A DNA stretch of 64,000 nt, from assembly GCA_005893225.1 (NCBI GenBank), contig VBOT01000053.1, positions 3,462 to 67,461 of the forward strand, written 5' to 3'. The translations under genes were made by a program, and so were the position numbers. This DNA comes from Candidatus Eiseniibacteriota bacterium. GTDB lineage: Bacteria > Eisenbacteria > RBG-16-71-46. Below, piece by piece: positions 44,252-54,303 of this stretch; the stretch's first letter is position 1; each line of letters starts with the position of its first letter. The notes under the pieces are model-generated. The model worked only from the letters and a program-made list of their open reading frames with translations, was not told the DNA's origin and did no database searches.

Positions 44252-45469
44252 TCAGAAGCCGTAAACCGCGCTGACCAGCACGGTCGTCTGGCTATCGCTC
44301 CGCCCGCCCTCTTTCTCGAACACGCTGTGGGTCGAGTGATCCACGCGGAGATCGCCGCGAACCAGCAGGCTCGAACTCAAGCGGACCTCCGGAGTCAGCG
44401 TGATCTCGTTCACGCTTTGACTGACGCCGGTGCGCGCTCCGTCGCTGTCATCGAACGTCTCGCCACGCACCGACAACGCGAACGCCCCAAACGGGCCGAA
44501 GCGCGCGTATCCGGCGATCCCGCTCCAGGTCGCGTCCTCACCGAGCTGGGCGGCGTTCTGCTCCGTTCCCCAGTCGCCGTTCGCGCCGAGCGCTAGCTGC
44601 GGTGAAGCCCTCCAAATCGCCACGAAATCCAGCAGCGAACGCCCGTCAGAGCCGTTGTCGACGCGCTCGGGGCCCGTCATGGCGTTGAGGTAGACCGTCA
44701 CCGGCGGGACGGGGGTGAACACGAGCTGGGCACCCACCGACTTGGCCCGGTTGTTGTCCCGTGCGTTGTCCCAGCCGTTGACGAGTAGGAGCGTGGCGGC
44801 GACGTGGGGCGACACCGCGTAGGATGCTCGCACCCCGGTGTGGGTGAACGGGATCGCGAAGCCGAACAGGATCGAGCGCGTGGCGTTGTCGTTCCAGCCG
44901 TCATAGCCGTCGATCACTTCGTAGCCAAAGTGCGTGACAAACTTGCCGGCGTCAATCCTGAGCCCTGAGCCGAGCGGCGCGACGTAGCTCATGTAGGCCT
45001 GCTGGAGATCGAGGTCCTCCGCCGTTCCGGCCGCGTCGCGAAACAGCCCGGCGGCCGCACTGACTCGTGGAATCGAGCTGCCGAGCGCCACGTCGGCCCG
45101 GAAGCCCGTTTCCCGCGGATTCGACGCCGACTTCTGAGCCACCAGCTCGAAGACGTCGATCTTGAAGGAGTTGTCGTCGAAGTCGAACACGCGAAGGGTA
45201 TTCGTCCGTGAATCGGGTCGGTTGAAATTGTACGAGTAGCTCGTCGACATGAAACCGTTGACCTGGATCGCCTGGTACCAGGGCGTGGGAGGCACGATCT
45301 CGGCCGCCATCGCGCTGCTGGGCAGGGAGAGCCCCACTCCGCCAACCAGCCACACGACGATGTGAGCGACGCGGGGAGAGGCGGCCCGTCTTGGGCCAGA
45401 GGTTCGCTCGGCCCCGGCGGCCGATCGCGGGTCGGCGTCGTGTCGCACGCCGAGTGAGGGCGGGGCCAT
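44252..45469 (-). CDS. putative outer-membrane beta-barrel porin encoded immediately downstream of amt
   Basis: Signal peptide. Alternating amphipathic strands. C-terminal ...VLVSAVYGF (terminal Phe). Start lies 2 nt after the amt stop. Confidence 0.6.
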   Translation of the reverse strand: MAPPSLGVRHDADPRSAAGAERTSGPRRAASPRVAHIVVWLVGGVGLSLPSSAMAAEIVPPTPWYQAIQVNGFMSTSYSYNFNRPDSRTNTLRVFDFDDNSFKIDVFELVAQKSASNPRETGFRADVALGSSIPRVSAAAGLFRDAAGTAEDLDLQQAYMSYVAPLGSGLRIDAGKFVTHFGYEVIDGYDGWNDNATRSILFGFAIPFTHTGVRASYAVSPHVAATLLLVNGWDNARDNNRAKSVGAQLVFTPVPPVTVYLNAMTGPERVDNGSDGRSLLDFVAIWRASPQLALGANGDWGTEQNAAQLGEDATWSGIAGYARFGPFGAFALSVRGETFDDSDGARTGVSQSVNEITLTPEVRLSSSLLVRGDLRVDHSTHSVFEKEGGRSDSQTTVLVSAVYGF

Positions 45470-45471
45470 GT

Positions 45472-46698
45472 TCACGCCACTTCGATGTCGATGTACGCCG
45501 CCTCGCCGTGCAGCGCCTCGTCGAGACCGACCTGCTCGTGCGATTCCGTGACACGCACCGGCGTGAATCGGTCGATCAGCCACAACATGACGAGAGTGAA
45601 GATGAACGCCCAGGCCGACGAGAGCAGCACCGCCGCGCACTGTTTGTAGAAGAACGACGCGTTCCCGGCGAGCAAGCCATCGGCGCCAGCGGGGTTGAAC
45701 GCCTTCGTCGCGAGGACACCGAGCATCACGATGCCGAGGAATCCACCCACGCCGTGCACGCCCCACACGTCGAGCGCGTCGTCCCAGTTGAGCCGGTTCT
45801 TGAGCGCCACGGCCAGGTAGCACACCAGGCCCGAAACGATGCCGATCACGACCGCGCTGGTCGGCGACACGAAGCCGGCCGCCGGCGTCACGGTGGCGAG
45901 CCCGGCCACGGCGCCGGTCAGAAGGCCGAGGAACTTGGGCTTCCGCGTGGTTATCCAGTCGACGGCCATCCACGTCACGGCGGCGAACGAGGCGGCGAGA
46001 TCGGTGTTGATGAAGGCGGTGGCGGTCGTGGAGTCGACGCGGAACTCGCTGCCCGCATTGAAGCCGTACCAGCCGAACCACAACAGCCCGGTGCCGAGCG
46101 CCACCAGCGGAATGCTGTGCGGCCCCTTGTCCTTGAAACGGCGTGGTCCGACGTAGAGCACGGCCGCGAGCGCCGCGATCCCGGCGATGTTGTGCACCAC
46201 GATGCCGCCCGCGAAATCGAGCACGCCCCACTTCTGGAGCACTCCGCCTCCCCAGATCATGTGCACGAAGGGGAAGTAGACCAGCACCAGCCACAGAGTC
46301 AGGAAGATCAGGTAGGCCTTGAACGTAACCCGGTTGGCGAACGCCCCGGTGATGAGCGCCGGGGTGATGATGGCGAACATCATCTGGTAGGCCATGAAGA
46401 CGATGAGCGGGATGGTGTCGTTCGGTGACGGTGTGGTCAGCGTGATATTGCGCATGAACGCCATATCGAGGTTGCCGATCACGCCACCTTCGCCCCCGGA
46501 GAAGCAGAGCGAGTAGCCGAACGCGTACCAGATCACGGTGGTCCAGCCCATCGAGACGAAGCTCTGCATCATGATGGCCAGCACGTTCCGGCGTCCGACC
46601 AGACCGCCGTAGAAGAACGCCAGCCCGGGGGTCATGAGCATGACCAGGCTGCAGCAGAGCAGCATGAATCCGGTGTTGCCCGTATCGAGGTGGAGCAT
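45472..46698 (-). CDS. amt: ammonium transporter (Amt/MEP family)
   Basis: DFAGGIVVHNIAGIAALAAVLYVGPRR, GAVAGLATVTPAAGFV and 11 TM helices. GGAGG RBS before ATG 46698. Confidence 0.9.
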   Translation of the reverse strand: MLHLDTGNTGFMLLCCSLVMLMTPGLAFFYGGLVGRRNVLAIMMQSFVSMGWTTVIWYAFGYSLCFSGGEGGVIGNLDMAFMRNITLTTPSPNDTIPLIVFMAYQMMFAIITPALITGAFANRVTFKAYLIFLTLWLVLVYFPFVHMIWGGGVLQKWGVLDFAGGIVVHNIAGIAALAAVLYVGPRRFKDKGPHSIPLVALGTGLLWFGWYGFNAGSEFRVDSTTATAFINTDLAASFAAVTWMAVDWITTRKPKFLGLLTGAVAGLATVTPAAGFVSPTSAVVIGIVSGLVCYLAVALKNRLNWDDALDVWGVHGVGGFLGIVMLGVLATKAFNPAGADGLLAGNASFFYKQCAAVLLSSAWAFIFTLVMLWLIDRFTPVRVTESHEQVGLDEALHGEAAYIDIEVA

Positions 46699-46983
46699 CG
46701 CGACTCCTCCGTGCGTGCGCTTCACGGCTGTGCGCCGGGGATGCGGCCAGGCGCCCAACGGCCGGCAGCCCCGCCCGGTTGGGATTACCCCGATGAACGC
46801 GGGCGGATTCGTGATCCGGTGGGCGAATCGGCTGGCAGGATAGGCCGTCGGCCTCGGGAGTTCTAGTCGCGTGGCGAGGAGGCATTCCGCGCCACAAAGG
46901 CTCGCCCCCGTCGCCATCCGCCCCCTCATTCGCGCCCCACTTGCGCGACTCGCTATAATCCCCGCCTCAACCCCGGAGACTGC

Positions 46984-48705
46984 GTGCCCAGGTTCTACAT
47001 CACCACCGCCATCGATTACGTCAACGGCCGCCCCCATATCGGCCATGCTTACGAGAAGATCCTGGCCGACGCCTTGGCACGCTTCCACCGCCAGCGCGGC
47101 GACGCCACGTACTTCCTGACCGGTACCGACGAGCACGGGCAGAAGATCGCGAAGACGGCGGCGGCGGCCGGTAAGCCTCCCAAGGCCTTCGTCGACGAGT
47201 ACGCGGCCCACTTCAAGACGGCCTGGAAGGCGCTCGACGTCTCGTACGACAAGTTCATCCGCACTACCGACCAGCGCCACGAGCTGGCGGTCCAGGAGCT
47301 GTTCCGGCGGCTCAACGACGCGCGCAGCCCCAAGACCGGCGAGCCGGTGCTCTTCGAGGAGGGTTACGAGGGCCTCTACTGCGAGGGCTGCGAGGCGTTC
47401 AAGCAGGAGAAGGATCTGGACGCGAAGGGCCTGTGCCCGGAGCACCGCACGCCGCCCAAGCGGATCAAGGAGACCAACTTCTTCTTCCGCCTCTCCGAGT
47501 ACGACGAGGCGCTGCTCAAGCACATCGAGAACCACCCCGAATTCATCGAGCCCGACTACCGGCGCAACGAGGTGCTGAACGTCATCCGCGAAGGCCTGCA
47601 GGACGTGAGCGTCACGCGCCCCAGCGTCCCGTGGGGGGTGCCCCTACCGGAAGAAATCCCGGGCGCCGAGGGCCACACCGTGTACGTCTGGGCCGACGCC
47701 CTGCTCAACTACCTATCCGCCATCGGCTGGCCGGAGCGGCGCTATTCGCTGTGGTGGCTCGCCAAGGAAAGCGACGTCGGAGGCCCGGGGGCGGCTCGCC
47801 AGGACGAGTTCCAGCACCTGGACGGTCAGGGCCGGCCGGGGGCGGCATGGGCCGGCACCACCCAGCCGCAGTACACCAACGCCTTCCACCTGATCGGCAA
47901 GGACATCAGCCGCTTCCACTGCGTGCTCTGGCCGGCGCTGCTGCTCGCCGCCGGCGTGCCGCTGCCGCGGCAGGTCTACGTGCACGGCTTCATCAACGTG
48001 CGCGGCGAGAAGCTGTCCAAGTCGGTCGGCAACCAGGTCGATCCGGTCGAGATGGCGCGCCAGTTCGGGGCCGACGCTCTGCGCTTCTACCTGCTCGACG
48101 CCGTCCCGACCGGGCGCGACGGGGAGTTCACGTTCGAGCACTTCGTCGAGCACTGCAACACCCATCTCGCGAACGACCTCGGGAACCTGGCGAGCCGCTC
48201 GGTGGCGATGGTGCACAAGTACTTCGACGGCGTGGCCCCGGCCGAGTGGGCTCCCGAGTCGCTGCAGGATCCGGAGGCTCGCGATGCCCTCCAGACGCTG
48301 ATCGCGGCGGCGAGCGAGGCGAGCTTCCAGGTGTCGAAGGCGTTCCAGGAGGTGCGGGTCGACGAGGCGCTGCACGAGGCGTGGCAGCCGGTGGTGCGCG
48401 CGAACGAGTTGATCGAGCGCGTGAAGCCCTGGGCTCTGGCCAAGGATCCGGACCGCCGGACTGAGCTCGGGACCGCGCTCCACGCGCTGCTCGAGACGCT
48501 GAGGCTGGTAGCAGTGTGGGCGTGGCCGGCGCTCCCGGGCAAGAGCGAGGAGCTGTGGGCGCTCCTCGCCCTCCCGGGCAAGCCGGGGGAGACCCATCAG
48601 GAGGCGGCGACGCCGCGCTTCGGCGACGCCTCGCTCGCGGGCCGGAAGCTCGGCGAAGTGAAGAGCCTGTTCCCGCGCATCGAGCTCGAGCCCAAGACCT
48701 CATGA
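46984..48705 (+). CDS. metG: methionyl-tRNA synthetase (short form) with ~40-aa low-complexity insertion before the HLIGKD region
   Basis: HIGH motif RPHIGHAY. Zn knuckle CEGCEAF. KMSKS as KLSKS. Insertion LAKESDVGGPGAARQDEFQHLDGQGRPGAAWAGTTQPQ. Confidence 0.85.
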   Translation: MPRFYITTAIDYVNGRPHIGHAYEKILADALARFHRQRGDATYFLTGTDEHGQKIAKTAAAAGKPPKAFVDEYAAHFKTAWKALDVSYDKFIRTTDQRHELAVQELFRRLNDARSPKTGEPVLFEEGYEGLYCEGCEAFKQEKDLDAKGLCPEHRTPPKRIKETNFFFRLSEYDEALLKHIENHPEFIEPDYRRNEVLNVIREGLQDVSVTRPSVPWGVPLPEEIPGAEGHTVYVWADALLNYLSAIGWPERRYSLWWLAKESDVGGPGAARQDEFQHLDGQGRPGAAWAGTTQPQYTNAFHLIGKDISRFHCVLWPALLLAAGVPLPRQVYVHGFINVRGEKLSKSVGNQVDPVEMARQFGADALRFYLLDAVPTGRDGEFTFEHFVEHCNTHLANDLGNLASRSVAMVHKYFDGVAPAEWAPESLQDPEARDALQTLIAAASEASFQVSKAFQEVRVDEALHEAWQPVVRANELIERVKPWALAKDPDRRTELGTALHALLETLRLVAVWAWPALPGKSEELWALLALPGKPGETHQEAATPRFGDASLAGRKLGEVKSLFPRIELEPKTS

Positions 48706-48751
48706 CCCGCCGCCGCGGGCGGAGGCGGGACAGGGGTGCGAGCGAGCGGCC

Positions 48752-49546
48752 GTGATCGACACCCACTGCCACCTCTGCGACAAGCGCTTCGACAAGGACC
48801 GCGAGCAGGTGCTCGATCGCGCTTTCGAGGCCGGCGTGACCCACCTGATCGAAATCGCGTACTCGCCGGCGATCGTCCCGCGGGCTCACGCGCTGGCCTC
48901 CCGGCACCCCAACCTCTTCCTCTGCCTGGGAGTCCACCCGAGCGAGGCGGCCAAGGTGCCGGACGACTACCTCGCCACCCTGCGCGACCACGCGGGCCAC
49001 GCGCGCGTCGTGGCGATCGGCGAGACCGGCCTCGACTTCTACAGGGACCACGCGCCCCGACCCGACCAGGAGCGGTGGTTCCGCGCCCAACTCGGGCTGG
49101 CTGACGCGATGGGCCTGCCGGTGGTGATCCACCAGCGGAGCGCGCTCGAGGAGACGCTCGCCATCCTCGAGGAGCTGCGGCCGGCGGCCGGTGGGGTCTT
49201 GCACTGCTTCGACGACGGCCCCGAGGCCGTCGCGCGCGCCCGGGGCATCGGGTTCAAGCTCGGCCTGGGCGGCTGCCTCACCTACGGGCACGCGGCGCTG
49301 GACCAGGCCGTGCGAGAGGCACCCGGCGACATGCTGGTGCTCGAGACCGACTCGCCCTACCTCGAGCCCGAGCCGCGCTCGCTCCGCCGCAACGAGCCGG
49401 CGCTGCTCGGGCGCGTCGTCGCGCGCCTGTGCGAGCTCAAGGGCTGGACCAAAGCCGAGGCCGACCGGGTCACCACGGCGAACGCCCGCGAGCTCTTTCG
49501 CCTGCCGATCGGCCAGGGCAGCCTCCCCGCGAGCGGAAACGCCTAG
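48752..49546 (+). CDS. tatD: TatD-family metal-dependent hydrolase
   Basis: IDTHCHL start, VAIGETGLDFYRD, ETDSPYL motifs. Sits in the conserved metG-tatD arrangement. Confidence 0.85.
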   Translation: MIDTHCHLCDKRFDKDREQVLDRAFEAGVTHLIEIAYSPAIVPRAHALASRHPNLFLCLGVHPSEAAKVPDDYLATLRDHAGHARVVAIGETGLDFYRDHAPRPDQERWFRAQLGLADAMGLPVVIHQRSALEETLAILEELRPAAGGVLHCFDDGPEAVARARGIGFKLGLGGCLTYGHAALDQAVREAPGDMLVLETDSPYLEPEPRSLRRNEPALLGRVVARLCELKGWTKAEADRVTTANARELFRLPIGQGSLPASGNA

Positions 49547-49610
49547 ATCCTGAGCAGGCCGGGCGCGGGCGCGGCCAATCTGTCGGGCCCGGTCAAGCGC
49601 CGCGCCCGGA

Positions 49611-50687
49611 ATGCCGAAGAAGGAGGCGGACATGCCCGCCCCCTCGCCCACCCTCTTCCTCGCCGCCGCCGTCCTGCTGGCCGCGATCGCCACGGGCTTC
49701 GGGGTCGCGCGTCTCGGGGCCCGGCGCTCGCGCCGGCTTTCCCGGCGGCGGGTCGCGACCCTCGAGCGCGAGCTCGCCCGGTTCCTGGACTCGAAGAGCA
49801 CCGCCCGCGCGCTCAGACGGGCCGTCCGGTCCGCGGACCCGTCGGCCTTCTGGGCCGCGCTCGAGACCCTCTCCCTCGGGCTCGGCCGCGCCGAAAGGGC
49901 GAGGCTCTCCGGGGCGCTCGAGAGGAACCCCTTCGCGGCCGCCGAGCGACGCGCCCTGGAGGACGATTCGCCGTGGCGGGCCGAGCTCGCGGCCCGGCGG
50001 CTCTCGCTGCTGCGCTCGCCGGCCTCGCGACGGGCACTGCGGCGGACGCTGGCGCGGGGCCCGGAAGTGGTGTCCCTGGCGGCGGCGATGGCGCTGGCGC
50101 GGGACCGCGACGCCCGCGCGCTGCGCTGGATCGTCGACCATCCCGAAACCCTGCGCCGGCGCGGTCGAGCCGCCCGAACGGCCTTGCTCCGGGCGTTCGG
50201 GAGGGGAGCGCTGCCGGTGCTGGCCGAGTCCCTGCAACGCGAGGCTGGCGACGGATGGTTCGAGCGCTCGGCCATCGAAGCCCTCGCCCACGGTCGCTAT
50301 CTTCCGGCGGCCGCGGCGATCGAGCGGCGGCTCCGGCACCCCGACATGGAGGTGCGCGCCGCATCAGCTCGGGCCCTGGGATGGCTCGGCGCCGGAGACA
50401 GCACGGCGTCCATTCTGGGCGCCCTGGAGGACGAGGCGTGGCAGGTGCGGGCCCAGGCCGCTCGGGCGCTCGGCCTGATAGGCGCCTCGACGGCCCTCGT
50501 TCCGCTTGCCTCGGCGCTCACCGACCGTGCGTGGTGGGTGCGCCGCCACGCCGCCTACGCCCTGCGGTCGCTGGGACCCGGGGGGATCGAAGCCCTGAGC
50601 CGCGCCGCCGCCCGCTCGCCCGATCCCTACGCGCGCGAGATGGCTCGCGAGGCGCTCGAGGCCGAGCCCGGGCTGCCGGCCGGGTGA
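49611..50687 (+). CDS. membrane-anchored HEAT-repeat (PBS-lyase type) protein
   Basis: N-terminal TM. Repeated xRxxAAxALGxxG motifs (RAASARALGWLG, RAQAARALGLIG, RRHAAYALRSLG). Confidence 0.65.
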   Translation: MPKKEADMPAPSPTLFLAAAVLLAAIATGFGVARLGARRSRRLSRRRVATLERELARFLDSKSTARALRRAVRSADPSAFWAALETLSLGLGRAERARLSGALERNPFAAAERRALEDDSPWRAELAARRLSLLRSPASRRALRRTLARGPEVVSLAAAMALARDRDARALRWIVDHPETLRRRGRAARTALLRAFGRGALPVLAESLQREAGDGWFERSAIEALAHGRYLPAAAAIERRLRHPDMEVRAASARALGWLGAGDSTASILGALEDEAWQVRAQAARALGLIGASTALVPLASALTDRAWWVRRHAAYALRSLGPGGIEALSRAAARSPDPYAREMAREALEAEPGLPAG

Positions 50688-50889
50688 GCACTCCGGGCCG
50701 CACACCGTTGGGCCCCGGCTTGCGGGACCGGGCTCGGGAGGCTTTACTCGCGATGCTGCCGGCATTTCCTCCCCGGCGTGCGCTCTCCACTCATGATCGA
50801 ACCCGCCCTGTCTCGATATCGCATCTTCCTGGCCCCCGGCGCCGGCGCCGCGGGGCCCGGCGCCTCGGCGCGGCCCCGGTAAGGCAAGC

Positions 50890-51816
50890 GTGTCCCCCTC
50901 GCGACGCGTTCCCAACCCGGCGAGGGGCGGGCGAGCCTCGAGCTACGTCCGCGAGCGGGCGGCGCTCGAGGGCGGCGGGCTCTCGCGCCTGAAGCGGGTG
51001 CTCGCCGAGCGCGGGCTGGCCCCGCGCCGGCGATTCGGACAGAACTTCCTGATTCGCGAGGACCTGGCCGATCGCATCGTCGACCATTGCCACCTGAGCC
51101 AGGACGACGTGGCGGTCGAGATCGGTCCCGGGGCGGGTGCCCTGACCTCGCGGCTCGCCAGCCGGGTGCGGCGGCTGATCGCGGTGGAGAAGGACACCGG
51201 GCTGGCCGCACTGCTGCGCGAGGAGCTCGCCGAGCTCCCCGGAGTCGAGATCGTCGAGGGTGACTTTCTCGCCTTCGATCTCCCGGCGGCCGCGGCGGCC
51301 CACGGTGTCCCGCGGCTGGCCGTGGCGGGCAACATTCCCTACAACATCACCACGCCGGTGCTCGAGCGCATCTTCGACCAACGGGCGGCGGTGCGGGTCG
51401 CAGTGCTCCTGGTGCAGAAGGAATATGCGGAGCGGCTGGCCGCCGCCGCCGGCACGCCCGAGTACGGGTCGCTCACGCTGTTCGCCCGGTACCACGCGCT
51501 GTTGGAGCCGCTCATGACGGTCCGCGCCGCGGCGTTCTGGCCGCGCCCCGAGGTCGACAGCATGCTGGTGCGCTTCCTCCTGCGCGAGCGCCCCCCGGTC
51601 GAGGTGCCGAGCGAGGCGCTGCTGTTCCGCATCATCCGCGGCTCGTTCCAGATGCGCCGCAAGCAGCTCATGAACACGCTCGAGGAGACCCTCGGCGTCG
51701 GCAAGCAGGATGTGGCGCGCCTCTGCCGCGCGGCGGGCATCGACCCGCGGCGCCGCGGCGAGACGCTCACGCTGGACGAGTTCGCGAAGCTGGCGCGGGC
51801 CGCGGCGCCCGGCTAG
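50890..51816 (+). CDS. rsmA: 16S rRNA (adenine1518/1519-N6)-dimethyltransferase
   Basis: FGQNFL, VEIGPGAGALT and NIPYNITTP motifs. True start probably ~20 codons before FGQNFL. Confidence 0.85.
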   Translation: MSPSRRVPNPARGGRASSYVRERAALEGGGLSRLKRVLAERGLAPRRRFGQNFLIREDLADRIVDHCHLSQDDVAVEIGPGAGALTSRLASRVRRLIAVEKDTGLAALLREELAELPGVEIVEGDFLAFDLPAAAAAHGVPRLAVAGNIPYNITTPVLERIFDQRAAVRVAVLLVQKEYAERLAAAAGTPEYGSLTLFARYHALLEPLMTVRAAAFWPRPEVDSMLVRFLLRERPPVEVPSEALLFRIIRGSFQMRRKQLMNTLEETLGVGKQDVARLCRAAGIDPRRRGETLTLDEFAKLARAAAPG

Positions 51817-51822
51817 CGGCTC

Positions 51823-52536
51823 CTAGCCGGCGGTCCGGCTCTCCTGCGGCTCGACGAACTTGTAGCCCACCTTGTGCACCGCGACGATGAAGGGCTGGGC
51901 GAACCCGGCCCCGAGCTTGGAGCGCAGGTTCGAGACATGGGTGTCCACGGTCCGCGTCGTGACCCCCAGGTCCTCGTCGACCCCCCAGATCTCCTCGAGC
52001 AGCTCCTCGCGCGAAACGGTGCGGCCGCGGTGCTCGATCAGGTACTTCAGCAGCTCGAACTCCTTGAACGACAGCGCCACCTGGGAGCCCGCCTTGTACA
52101 CCTCGCGCGGCTCGAATCGCACCTCGACGTCGCCGAACCCGTAGACGGTCGGTCCCGGCCCCGGCGCCCCCGATGGCCCGCGCGCCACCAGTCGCTTGAC
52201 CCGCGCCATCAGCTCCTTGATGCCGAACGGCTTGGTCACGTAGTCGTCGGCTCCGAGGTCGAACCCCTTCAGCACGTCGGCCTCGAAATTGCGCGCCGTC
52301 ATGACCAGCACCGGGATGTCCCGGTGGCGCTGGCGCAGCTCCTTCAGCACCGTGAAACCGTCCTTCTCGGGCAGCATGATGTCGAGGATCACCACATCCG
52401 GCCTCTGCTTCAGGGCCATCTTGAGGCCCTCCTGGCCGGTCTTGGCGGTGAGCACCTCGTAGCCCTCGAATCGGAAGTTGTGGGCCAGTCCATCCAGCAG
52501 CCCTTCCTCGTCCTCGACGATGAGCACCCGCTTCAT
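51823..52536 (-). CDS. OmpR/PhoB-family response regulator
   Basis: Receiver MKRVLIVEDE...VVILDIMLPEKDG. Winged-helix C-terminus ...YGFGDVEVRFEPREV...TVDTHVSNLRSKL. Confidence 0.85.
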   Translation of the reverse strand: MKRVLIVEDEEGLLDGLAHNFRFEGYEVLTAKTGQEGLKMALKQRPDVVILDIMLPEKDGFTVLKELRQRHRDIPVLVMTARNFEADVLKGFDLGADDYVTKPFGIKELMARVKRLVARGPSGAPGPGPTVYGFGDVEVRFEPREVYKAGSQVALSFKEFELLKYLIEHRGRTVSREELLEEIWGVDEDLGVTTRTVDTHVSNLRSKLGAGFAQPFIVAVHKVGYKFVEPQESRTAG

Positions 52537-52568
52537 CTGCGTCGTCCCTTTGGTCGCATTCATGGCGT

Positions 52569-54134
52569 TCATGATCCTGTCATCAGCCTCGGCTCGGCCT
52601 TGTCCCAGGTTGCCCCGTGCGCCTGCGGCAGCACGAGCGTGAACGTGCTTCCCTCTCCGGTATTGCTGACTACCTCGACGTGGCCTCCATGGGCCCGCAT
52701 GATTTGATCGACCAGCGACAGCCCGAGCCCGGCGCCCTTGACGTCGTGGACCAGGCCCGTTTCGACGCGCACGAACTTCTCGAAGATTCGCTTCTGATCC
52801 GCGGGGGCGATCCCGATGCCGCGGTCCGCGACCGACGCGGTGACGGAACCGTCGCGCGCCGCGGCCGACACCCGCACCTCGCGTCGCGTCCGCGAATACT
52901 TGATGGCGTTGTCCAGCAGATTGAGCACGCAATGGGTCAGGGCGGTGGTGTCGCCGCGCACCGGGGGCAGGCCCTCCGGGACGTCGACCTCGACCTTGAA
53001 TCCCTGGTGCTCGAGCCGCGGCCCCAAGCTCTCGACCGCGTCGCGAACCACGTGCCCCAGGTCCACCCGCTCGGCGCCGAAGATCCGCTGGCCCGCCTCG
53101 AGTCGCGCGAAGTCGAGGATGTTGTCGACCAGCTGGCTCAGGCGGGCGGTCTCGCGCCCGATGGTGCGAAGGAACTTCTCGTTCTCCTCGGGCGTGGAGA
53201 CGCGCCGCATCTGGAGCGTCTCGACCGCGAGCCGGATCAGGGCGATCGGGGTCTTGAGCTCGTGCGTCACGTTCGAGACGAAGCTCGACTTGAGATGCAC
53301 CAGCTCGAGCTGACGCATCGTGTAGCGGAGGCCGAAGATGCTGGCCGCGACGATCGCGAGCCCCATGAGCCCGATGAACGTGATCTCGAGCGCCAGGAAG
53401 CGGCGCGTCCACACCACCGTGGAGCCGGGGGTGGGCGCCACCCGCACCGTGTAGCCCTCGAACGGGCCGGCGAAGGGCTCGGTCCTCGCGGTGACCTCGT
53501 TGCGCGGGTTGCGGACCCGCCCGATCACGGTGCCGTCGGGAGCCCGCAGCTCGAAGCTCAGCTTGCGGGTGGACTCGAGGCCGCCGTACAGGCGCGGGCT
53601 GCTCGGGAGCCTGTCCTGCATCACGTCGTCTAGGTGCTCGACCAGGAACTTGCGCGGATTCATCCACCAGCCTCCCGCACCCACCACCTGCCCCTCGCCG
53701 TCATACAAAAGCCGCCCGACAAAGAACTGCGCGCGGCGCCTGCCCTCTCCGGGCGCGTAGAGCAACGGCTCGGACTCGACCATCAGCAGCGAGTAGTCGT
53801 TCAGGAGATCGAGCGTCACGAAGTGCGCGCCCTCGAACTCCGAGGTCCCCGCCTGGAGCGCATCGATGATCTCCTGGGGAGGCGCGCCGGCGCGGGAGGC
53901 GTTCTCGGCCGGCCCCATCGAGCCGCGCAGGTGCGCCATGAGCTCCTGCTCGTAGGCCTCCACGAGCTGCTGGCCGAAATACGAGTTGTACCGGGCGCTC
54001 TCGGCCTCGACCGCCCCCGCGATGCGCAGCGTCAGGATGATGGCCAGCCCCGCCAGCAGCATGGCTGGGACCGCCACACCGACGACGATGATGCCGGGGA
54101 TGCCCCGGCTCGACCGGAGGACGGACATGGCCAC
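52569..54134 (-). CDS. sensor histidine kinase (2 TM, periplasmic sensor; HisKA + HATPase_c)
   Basis: H-box VSNVTHELKTPIALI. N/G boxes LLDNAIKYS...GAGLGLSLV. Sits upstream of the OmpR-type RR on the same strand. Confidence 0.85.
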   Translation of the reverse strand: MAMSVLRSSRGIPGIIVVGVAVPAMLLAGLAIILTLRIAGAVEAESARYNSYFGQQLVEAYEQELMAHLRGSMGPAENASRAGAPPQEIIDALQAGTSEFEGAHFVTLDLLNDYSLLMVESEPLLYAPGEGRRRAQFFVGRLLYDGEGQVVGAGGWWMNPRKFLVEHLDDVMQDRLPSSPRLYGGLESTRKLSFELRAPDGTVIGRVRNPRNEVTARTEPFAGPFEGYTVRVAPTPGSTVVWTRRFLALEITFIGLMGLAIVAASIFGLRYTMRQLELVHLKSSFVSNVTHELKTPIALIRLAVETLQMRRVSTPEENEKFLRTIGRETARLSQLVDNILDFARLEAGQRIFGAERVDLGHVVRDAVESLGPRLEHQGFKVEVDVPEGLPPVRGDTTALTHCVLNLLDNAIKYSRTRREVRVSAAARDGSVTASVADRGIGIAPADQKRIFEKFVRVETGLVHDVKGAGLGLSLVDQIMRAHGGHVEVVSNTGEGSTFTLVLPQAHGATWDKAEPRLMTGS

Positions 54135-54257
54135 AGAAGCCTAGACCCGCCCCCTCGGGGAGGGCAATCGGCAAGCGCAATGAGCTCTCTCGGATCCCGG
54201 CCCGGCGGGGCACTCCCCTGGGCCCTCGGCATCCCGCTTCATGCTGCCTACGGCGAG

Positions 54258-54282
54258 GGCCGGTCCGACCCTCGGACCGGCC
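54258..54282 (-). terminator. 11-bp perfect hairpin GGCCGGTCCGA ccc TCGGACCGGCC downstream of the Cys-rich gene
   Basis: Inverted repeat seen directly. No U-tract. Confidence 0.25.
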
Positions 54283-54303
54283 CAGCGGTTCGATTCGATG
54301 AGA

